Positions 36,593-43,290 of a stretch of DNA of 43,290 nt are shown here, one piece after another. The stretch covers positions 1 to 43,290 of the forward strand of contig CAISUD010000039.1 of the NCBI GenBank assembly GCA_903888625.1, in the 5' to 3' direction. The notes beneath the pieces were generated by a model that was not told the origin of the DNA, did no database searches, and was given only the letters and a program-made list of their open reading frames with translations. Source of the DNA: an uncultured bacterium. Lineage in GTDB: Bacteria; Patescibacteriota; Minisyncoccia; Phycocordibacterales; UBA9973. Numbering within the stretch: position 1 is the first letter of the stretch; every line of letters starts with the position of its first letter. A program made the translations under genes and the position numbers.

Positions 36593-38332
36593 CTAGTACA
36601 CCTCCTGCTGATAACACTTTTTACAATAAACTGTTTCAGGTCGTTCCGGAGAATATGGAGTTTCAAATTCTTCTTCACATTTTCCTTTATGCATATGATT
36701 AGTATTTTCACACATGCAAGTTCTATGCCACAATCTCCAAGGTAACGCTCTTTTTAATCTTGTAAAATAACGACAATTTGGGCAAATTCTTGGTAACGGT
36801 AAATTCGTTCGTTTATAAAATTGTAACTCAACTGGAATGATACGAAAAGCTCTGGTACATTGATGCGAGCATTTTCCTTCATGTTCACAAGCAATTGTTT
36901 CACCTAAAATTTTATCACTCACGTCTTTAATATTATCTGGGATATCGCTAGATTTTAAAGTAACATTATAACTTCTATCTAAATCATCTTGCCATTTAAA
37001 ATTCTTGGATAAAATTTCTTCTTTTGATAAAGGAAATTGCTCATATGCCATCGTTTCATTATAAGCAAAAGGAGAAATTTCTGCTGGAAAAAATTCACCA
37101 AATTTATATTTACAATTATTTTTGTCAACATACGGAATTTCTTCCATTTGTTTAATAATTTTCGGTAATAATTTTTCATACTCTTCTTTATTGTACTGTT
37201 TGTTCAAAATGCAATATTCTTTATTCCTTAATCCAATGCAACCAAAGGAATTTTTTACATCAATGCAACCTTCGCAATAATATGATTGAACAGCATTAAA
37301 TGTTCTAGCACAAAAAGCTATTTCATAATTCCCTCTTCCACTACAAATTGATTCATACATTCTTTCTCCACGCCCAGAATCGAGCATATCGTAAGAATCA
37401 TTTAATGCATTAACAGAATATGTCACATATTTTAAATTCTCGGATTTCCAAATATAAAATGAGGAAACGCAATTTTTTGAATTTTCTATAATATCACCTG
37501 TGCAATTTATTGCATTTACTAATCTTGCAAAACTTACTATGCTATTTCCCATCAATTTTTGATATTCTTCTTCTAAAATTTTTAGAGAGCGATAGGATGT
37601 TAAATTTTCATTCTCAAGCATTTTTTCATATTCATCTTTACTAAGTTTTTTATTACGAAAAACATAATTTTGATTTCTTTGATTTGAAGACATGAAACAA
37701 TTTTGACAATTGACACAATTAAAAAGAAACTGCGAATCAATACAAAGATCTGATCTAGTTAAATATAAACAGTTATAATTGTGGTTTGAATCGACAACTT
37801 CATAGCAAAGTTCATCTTCTCTAAAACTTAAAGAATCAAAACACATTCTATTGTCTCTATTTACAAAAACAGAATAATAAACATCTTCAGATTTTGCAAC
37901 ATTGTGTGATAAATATATGTTTTTACTTGCATAGGTATAATTGGCATACTCACATCCACCACTATTATTACCAGATTGCTCTAGCGAGAGTAGCGGAATA
38001 TTTCTGCGAAGTTGTTCATATTGAGTAAAAAAATCTAAAGAAAAATTATAATCGTTTCCATAAGCAAGAGAATTAAATTTATCAGAAAAGTAACAATCAA
38101 AACACCAAACTTTGTATGGGGAATTTGATCTAAAAATAGAAATTATCTTTTTATTGCAATTGTCACATTTTCTATTGTATAGATTGCGAACATTAAATGT
38201 TATCATTCGCCTTATTAATCTACACTCAGGGCACCAAGTCGGTGGTGGGACTTTGATTTTTTCGTAGAAGTTAAAATCTTCTTGTTCAACTACAAACTTA
38301 CTTTTACAATTTTGACATGTTTTTGTTTCCAT
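36593..38332 (-). CDS. Cys-rich multi-zinc-ribbon protein of unknown function, paralog 2
   Basis: METKTCQNCK…KIKVPPPTWCPECR, many CxxC, ends PERPETVYCKKCYQQEVY. Start moved to METK (38332). Confidence 0.85.
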   Translation of the reverse strand: METKTCQNCKSKFVVEQEDFNFYEKIKVPPPTWCPECRLIRRMITFNVRNLYNRKCDNCNKKIISIFRSNSPYKVWCFDCYFSDKFNSLAYGNDYNFSLDFFTQYEQLRRNIPLLSLEQSGNNSGGCEYANYTYASKNIYLSHNVAKSEDVYYSVFVNRDNRMCFDSLSFREDELCYEVVDSNHNYNCLYLTRSDLCIDSQFLFNCVNCQNCFMSSNQRNQNYVFRNKKLSKDEYEKMLENENLTSYRSLKILEEEYQKLMGNSIVSFARLVNAINCTGDIIENSKNCVSSFYIWKSENLKYVTYSVNALNDSYDMLDSGRGERMYESICSGRGNYEIAFCARTFNAVQSYYCEGCIDVKNSFGCIGLRNKEYCILNKQYNKEEYEKLLPKIIKQMEEIPYVDKNNCKYKFGEFFPAEISPFAYNETMAYEQFPLSKEEILSKNFKWQDDLDRSYNVTLKSSDIPDNIKDVSDKILGETIACEHEGKCSHQCTRAFRIIPVELQFYKRTNLPLPRICPNCRYFTRLKRALPWRLWHRTCMCENTNHMHKGKCEEEFETPYSPERPETVYCKKCYQQEVY

Positions 38333-38347
38333 ATTTTTTACAACCTG

Positions 38348-38377
38348 CCCCGTAGAAAGCTTTGCTTTTCTTCGGGG
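38348..38377. repeat. Imperfect REP-like palindrome
   Basis: CCCCGTAGAAAGC-TTT-GCTTTTCTTCGGGG, 15 nt upstream of paralog 2. Confidence 0.65.
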
Positions 38378-38412
38378 TTTTGACATTCTCGCGTTTCACT
38401 TTTCATCATATA

Positions 38413-38655
38413 TTACAGATGTTCGTCCATCCATTTGAACAGCTTAGTTTCTAGTTTCAAATATTTTTGCCAGATTTTTTTCGGCATTTTTTCTAAATCT
38501 GGAAGCCAACCTTCACCAACAAAAACCTGATAAAAAAAAGCAATTACAATGCACACAATCACAAGCGGAATGCACCACAAAAAAACTGTAAAACCAAAAT
38601 GATAAATAATGAATACCGAGATTATTATTAAAAGAATTGGACCAATCGCATGCAT
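38413..38655 (-). CDS. Small two-TM membrane protein
   Basis: 80 aa, two hydrophobic segments, co-oriented 16 nt after the ATPase stop. Confidence 0.6.
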   Translation of the reverse strand: MHAIGPILLIIISVFIIYHFGFTVFLWCIPLVIVCIVIAFFYQVFVGEGWLPDLEKMPKKIWQKYLKLETKLFKWMDEHL

Positions 38656-38671
38656 ATTTTATAAAATTAAT

Positions 38672-40894
38672 TTATTCTAAAATTTTTCGCAAAATATCTT
38701 CTGGAACTTCCCTAACCTTTCCAGAAGGAGAAATCGTCGGATTTGAATTTGAAACGGGTGTTGGGTTTGAAACTGGTGTAGGAATTGGTTCAGAAACATA
38801 TTTTTCTATTGGTGGAATTTGGGGTTCAATAATTTCTTGTTTTACTGGTATTTCTGGTTCTGGTATCTTGGGAACAAAACTTGTAGTAGTATTGTTTTCT
38901 GAAATTAAATCTTTCAATTTATTCATATCATCTCGATTGGCAGATTTATCAGGCAAACGAGAAACAGGACTTGAATTAGAAACTCGTAAATCATTCAAGG
39001 AAATTGGAGCAGGTCCAGCATTTTTTACTTCTCCCTCTCCTAAAGTTTTATTTAAAATATCACGTAAAGCCAAATTTTCTCCCATTACTTTTGGCTTTTG
39101 AACAGGCTTCTGAAAAGGTTTATTGGGTTGATTATTAAATACTTTCTTTGGGCCGACGTAATTTCCAGATTGATTAAAATTATTTTTATTTGGAGTAAAA
39201 ACCCTGTCTTTCCCGAACGATGGAGTAAGAACTTTTTTAATTTTTGAAAAAACATTAGGCTTTGAGTGGATATCCCTTTCACTTCGATCTGGATATCTTT
39301 CATTTTCTTCTTTTGTTTCACCTTGAGCCGAATTCCCTTTATTTTCAAATTCAATACCTAAATCAGACAACGGTTTAAAAAACTTTGTTTCATCATATTT
39401 TATTTGATTAAGTGAACCCCTGATTGGTTTTAATTCCCCTGTTTTCATTTTAGCAATACAATCTTTACAATAGACTGGTCTGCCAGCTTCGGGTTTGAAA
39501 GGTACAGTCGTTTCTTTTTTACAAATCGAACAAACTGCAGGAAATTTTTCTACATCTCCAACTTCATCGTTTCCCAAAGACATTCCACTCCAATCATTAA
39601 TTTCTTTTTCAACCACAACTTTTGATTTACAATATAAAGAGCGAGACATTTTAATAACTTCTTGCTCAACTTTTTGTGGATCAACATTTTGGGTCATCGG
39701 AGGTAAAGTTCTCGCAGAAAATGGACGAGAAGTGACACCATCGATCATTAAACGAAGATACACTTTATAGTTTGGCAAATTCACAATATCTTGCGGGGTA
39801 AATTCTGGTTCAAATTCTTTTTCTAAGAAGTCTGCGTCGTCAGCCCCAACTCGAAAGACAATCATCGTCCCGACATTACCGAAAACTGCATCTCGCACCA
39901 TTGAGCCATTTTCGGTGACCAACTGAGCTGTATATTGGTGAGCAATCGTTAAATTTAAACGATATTTTCGAGCCTCAGACAAAATTCCGGCAAAAGCGTT
40001 CGTCACAAAATTTTGGAATTCGTCGACATAAAGATAAAAATCTTTACGATCATCTTCTGGAATACGGACACGTTCCATGGCAGCTAATTGAATTTTAGTA
40101 ATAATCATTCCACCAAGTAAAGCAGAATTGTCTTCACCAATACGTCCTTTAGAAACATTCACCAAAAATATTTTCCCTTCATTCATAATATCAAAAACAT
40201 TGATGGTACTGATAGATTGACCAACCACATTTCGAATTAAAGACGAAGACAAAAATTGTCCGACTTTGTTTTGAATCGGTGCGATCGCCTCATTTCGAAA
40301 TTTTTCTTGCCACTGCTCATATTCATGAATCCAAAAAGCCTTAATGACTGGGTCTTTCAAGTTAGCAATAATTTTCTGACGGTAATCTTTGTCTACCAGC
40401 ATTCGAGGTATTCCAAGTAAGGTCGTGCCTGGTGTATCGAGTAATGCCAAAATCGCATTGTTTAAAATATATTCCATTCGAGCACTCCAAGCATTCGCCC
40501 AAATTTTTGTGAAAATTCCCATCAGTCCGGAAGCGACTAGATGTTTGTATTTAGGATCAATTAATTCTAGGACGTTAAAACCAATATGAAAATCAGTATC
40601 AGCTGGATTAAAATAAATTACATCTTTCATTCGATGTGGAGGAATCATTTGCAAAATTCCTTCAACTAATTCTCCGTGCGGATCGACGACACAAACACCT
40701 TCGCTATTATTTATATTTTGAACGATCATATTGGAAAGAAGTACAGATTTACCAGTACCAGATTTTCCAAGGACATATACGTGTTGGCGTCTGTCTTTAC
40801 GTTTAATACCAAAAAGCTGGTTTTTATCCCGAAAAGTAGTCTGCCCGATATAGGTTAAATCCTTATTTCTTGGTATATCTATTGGTTCGATCAT
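38672..40894 (-). CDS. TrwB/TraD/HerA-like ATPase with CxxC-x17-CxxC domain and P-rich tail, paralog A
   Basis: HVYVLGKSGTGKS, VDPHGE, LYVDEFQN, LSEARKY..AHQY; CSICKKETTVPFKPEAGRPVYCKDC. Confidence 0.87.
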   Translation of the reverse strand: MIEPIDIPRNKDLTYIGQTTFRDKNQLFGIKRKDRRQHVYVLGKSGTGKSVLLSNMIVQNINNSEGVCVVDPHGELVEGILQMIPPHRMKDVIYFNPADTDFHIGFNVLELIDPKYKHLVASGLMGIFTKIWANAWSARMEYILNNAILALLDTPGTTLLGIPRMLVDKDYRQKIIANLKDPVIKAFWIHEYEQWQEKFRNEAIAPIQNKVGQFLSSSLIRNVVGQSISTINVFDIMNEGKIFLVNVSKGRIGEDNSALLGGMIITKIQLAAMERVRIPEDDRKDFYLYVDEFQNFVTNAFAGILSEARKYRLNLTIAHQYTAQLVTENGSMVRDAVFGNVGTMIVFRVGADDADFLEKEFEPEFTPQDIVNLPNYKVYLRLMIDGVTSRPFSARTLPPMTQNVDPQKVEQEVIKMSRSLYCKSKVVVEKEINDWSGMSLGNDEVGDVEKFPAVCSICKKETTVPFKPEAGRPVYCKDCIAKMKTGELKPIRGSLNQIKYDETKFFKPLSDLGIEFENKGNSAQGETKEENERYPDRSERDIHSKPNVFSKIKKVLTPSFGKDRVFTPNKNNFNQSGNYVGPKKVFNNQPNKPFQKPVQKPKVMGENLALRDILNKTLGEGEVKNAGPAPISLNDLRVSNSSPVSRLPDKSANRDDMNKLKDLISENNTTTSFVPKIPEPEIPVKQEIIEPQIPPIEKYVSEPIPTPVSNPTPVSNSNPTISPSGKVREVPEDILRKILE

Positions 40895-40941
40895 ATATAG
40901 CTATTATACAATAAAATGAAATTTTTTGAAACAAATAAAGA

Positions 40942-40973
40942 ACCTCACCCTGCCCTCTCCTGGAATGAGAGGG
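40942..40973 (+). repeat. REP-like element ACCTCACCCTG-CCCTCTC-CTGGAAT-GAGAGGG
   Basis: Same tail-plus-stem design as 24245-24279; abuts the stop of paralog 3. Confidence 0.7.
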
Positions 40974-40974
40974 T

Positions 40975-42678
40975 TTAATACACCTCCTGCTGATAACATT
41001 TTTCACAATAAATAATCTCCGGGCGTTCGGGGGCATATGGAGTTTTGACTTCAATATTGCACTTGGCACAATTTCTATCATAGAGTCCAATTGGGTTTAG
41101 TCTAGAGAACCTTTTATTTTCTCGGCACTTGGGACACTCATGCGGAAGTGGTAAATTCATTTTTCGTAAAAGATCAAATTCTCCTTTTACTATTTTATAG
41201 GCTCTGGAGCAATTAATACAACTTATTGTTTCAGCAAGAATTTTTTCATCAGTGTCTTTAATTTTTTCTGGTAAATCATCTGACTTAATAGAAATGGAAA
41301 AAGTTTGATTCTCTGTTTCATCCCAAAGATACCCTTCATTAATTGCTTGCTCTTTTGTTTTTGGAAAAAACCGCATAGCATTAGACTTATTATATGAAAA
41401 CTTACTAAATTCAGGTGGAAAAAATTCTCCATAAAAATATTTATTTCCAACATTATCAACGTATGGGGTTACTTTCATATTTTCAATAATTTTCTCTTTT
41501 AATTCTTCATATTCCTCTTTTGTATATTGTTTATTCAAAATACAATAACTTTTTCGTTTTAAATTTACACAACCAAAATTGTTTTTCCCGGCAATATTCC
41601 AAAAACAATACTGTAAATTTAAACTATCAGGCCAACATTCATTAGAAAACGAAACATCACTAGAGTTTTCTCCAATAGAAATCGATTCATAGATAAGACT
41701 TGTGTTATTCCCCCAGCCTGAATAATCCATACAATCTTTTGCTGGTTTTACTGTTATAAATTGGCACCATTTACAATCCTCAGCACCATTACTAATATAC
41801 ATTTCTTTAGAATTTTTTGATTCGTAGACATATTCACCACTGACATTTTTGTTTAGAGAATGGCCATGGTAAGCTCGATACGGTTTTGTTAGCCAAAATT
41901 CCTGTGTTTTATTTTTTAATTCATTTAAACTTTTCCGAGATTCTAGATTCAATTCTTTTAATTTTATTTCATAATCTTCTTTGAAATATTTAACATTAAA
42001 AATGCAATTCGAGGCTCCACTTAAATTTACACAACCAACACAATTTATACAACCATAACAATTACGAGAAAACCACACATCGACACAATCATCACATTCT
42101 TCTGAAAAATACATATTGTAACACCTCGCAAAACCAATTGATTCGTAACATAATTCAGAAGTATACCCTCGCAAACAATCAACACTATATTTTAAAGTAT
42201 TTAATAAAGAAGAATAATAAACATTATCACAAAAATCAGCCCAGAATATCATAAAACAATCTTTGCACCAAGCCAAACCGTTAGTATATTCACAATTTTT
42301 AATACTTGTATATAAGCTCGTTAAGGCTGGAAATGGGGTTTTAGAATTTAACTCTTTAACTTGGTCAAGAAATGGACGACTGGGGTCATAATCCATAGCA
42401 TATTCTGTTCCATCCCAATCATCTGCCCACCAACATGGCTGACAATACACAGTCATCTTTTGCTCCTTTGAAAACATAGATAAAGTTCTTTTTTTACATT
42501 TATCACAATTCCGCCAAAATAAATTCCAATTGTTCAAAAATGAAAAACGTCTAATCACCCTACATTCCGGACACCAAGTCGGCGGTGGGACTTTTATTTT
42601 TTCGTAAAATCCAAAATCATCTGGCTCTATCACAAAGTCAGATTTGCAGTTTTGACAAACCTTCGTTTCTCTATCCAT
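40975..42678 (-). CDS. Cys-rich multi-zinc-ribbon protein of unknown function, paralog 3
   Basis: ETKVCQNCK…KIKVPPPTWCPECR; ends CAKC-x17-CEKC YQQEVY. Confidence 0.85.
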   Translation of the reverse strand: MDRETKVCQNCKSDFVIEPDDFGFYEKIKVPPPTWCPECRVIRRFSFLNNWNLFWRNCDKCKKRTLSMFSKEQKMTVYCQPCWWADDWDGTEYAMDYDPSRPFLDQVKELNSKTPFPALTSLYTSIKNCEYTNGLAWCKDCFMIFWADFCDNVYYSSLLNTLKYSVDCLRGYTSELCYESIGFARCYNMYFSEECDDCVDVWFSRNCYGCINCVGCVNLSGASNCIFNVKYFKEDYEIKLKELNLESRKSLNELKNKTQEFWLTKPYRAYHGHSLNKNVSGEYVYESKNSKEMYISNGAEDCKWCQFITVKPAKDCMDYSGWGNNTSLIYESISIGENSSDVSFSNECWPDSLNLQYCFWNIAGKNNFGCVNLKRKSYCILNKQYTKEEYEELKEKIIENMKVTPYVDNVGNKYFYGEFFPPEFSKFSYNKSNAMRFFPKTKEQAINEGYLWDETENQTFSISIKSDDLPEKIKDTDEKILAETISCINCSRAYKIVKGEFDLLRKMNLPLPHECPKCRENKRFSRLNPIGLYDRNCAKCNIEVKTPYAPERPEIIYCEKCYQQEVY

Positions 42679-42710
42679 ACCAATATAATATGCTTTTTAT
42701 CCAAAAAAAT

Positions 42711-42747
42711 CAAAAAATGTTCAAAGTCGAACTTTGAACATTTTTTG
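42711..42747. repeat. REP-like palindrome, copy 2; likely also the dnaK terminator
   Basis: CAAAAAATGTTCAAAG-TCGAA-CTTTGAACATTTTTTG, 16-bp stem; core identical to 10014-10038. Confidence 0.8.
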
Positions 42748-42768
42748 TAGCCAGGGCTTTAGGTACAA

Positions 42769-43290
42769 TTATTGTTTTGGTTTATCGTCTTCTGGCTTCG
42801 TTTCATCTTTCACTTCTGCTTCTTTGACTTCAGGGTCTTGTTCTTCTGGAGTCGAAGTTGGAGGAGTTTCAGCACCTGCCTTATTCATTGCCTCACCAAT
42901 TTTAGACATTTCAGCTGAAAGTTCTTCGGTGGCTTTTTTAATAGCCTCCATATCGGTACTATCTTTCAAACCACGAAGTGCGGTGATTTTTGCATTCACA
43001 CTATCTTTCAATTCGCTCGGAATTTTTGCTTCATTTTCTTTCAAAGCTTTTTCCGCTGTATAAGAAATCATTTCCGCAGTATTTTTCACGTCCACAATTT
43101 CTTTTTTCTTTTTATCTTCTTCAGCATGCACTTCAGCATCGGCTTGCATTTTTTTAATATCTTCATCTTTCAAACCAGAACTTGCTTCGATTTTAATTGA
43201 TTGAGCTTTGCCTGAAGCTTTATCCATCGCTTTAACATTCAAGATACCATTCACATCCACATCAAAAGTCACTTCAACTTGTGGCATACC
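42769..43290 (-). CDS. dnaK: Chaperone DnaK, C-terminal part (runs off the window)
   Basis: GMPQVEVTFDVDVNGILNVKA, SSGLKDEDIKKM..DAE..AEED, acidic tail. Confidence 0.96.
   Translation of the reverse strand, partial: GMPQVEVTFDVDVNGILNVKAMDKASGKAQSIKIEASSGLKDEDIKKMQADAEVHAEEDKKKKEIVDVKNTAEMISYTAEKALKENEAKIPSELKDSVNAKITALRGLKDSTDMEAIKKATEELSAEMSKIGEAMNKAGAETPPTSTPEEQDPEVKEAEVKDETKPEDDKPKQ

Noticed and set aside
38637-39101. 154-aa plus-strand ORF and the many other 60-140 aa antisense or nested ORFs in the track
   Set aside because: They are shadows of well-supported genes on the opposite strand or in another frame, with no recognisable motifs.
34947-40894. Conjugative element or type IV secretion locus
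   Set aside because: Only coupling-protein-like ATPases are present; no relaxase, VirB4, pilin or oriT, and the context is housekeeping.
1-43290. CRISPR array, cas genes, reverse transcriptase/DGR, alternative genetic code
   Set aside because: No regularly spaced direct repeats and no Cas or RT motifs were seen. Core genes are full length under code 11 and tRNA-Trp reads UGG.

Overview
AT-rich bacterial window, genetic code 11 (tRNA-Trp has a CCA anticodon and ORFs read cleanly). Gene content and style suggest a Patescibacteria/CPR (Parcubacteria-like) genome; this is inference. It is mostly housekeeping: miaA, yhhQ, tRNA-Trp, rpmG, alr, ddl, scpAB, ABC-F, pepA, asnS, aspS, prs, trpS, dnaB, recR, rplU, cysS, metK, aguAB, dnaJ and partial dnaK. 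Five less ordinary features sit on top of this. (1) A REP-associated tyrosine (HUH/Y1) transposase is flanked by its own palindromes, and the same hairpin core appears in frame inside miaA and recR; other palindrome families lie inside miaA and pepA and between genes. (2) Three paralogous ~570-580 aa Cys-rich proteins are each bracketed by palindromes; two alternate with TrwB/TraD/HerA-like ATPases between dnaK and dnaJ, and one ATPase shares their CxxC-x17-CxxC domain. (3) A candidate aromatic-amino-acid leader-peptide attenuator lies upstream of a circularly permuted ATP-grasp gene and an M20 peptidase gene. (4) Many genes have leaderless promoter geometry, with the -10 box exactly 6 nt before the start codon, whereas accessory genes carry hairpin plus boxA-like leaders. 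(5) A probable artificial six-frame-stop junction lies at 117-128. All calls come from reading the sequence; no searches were run.
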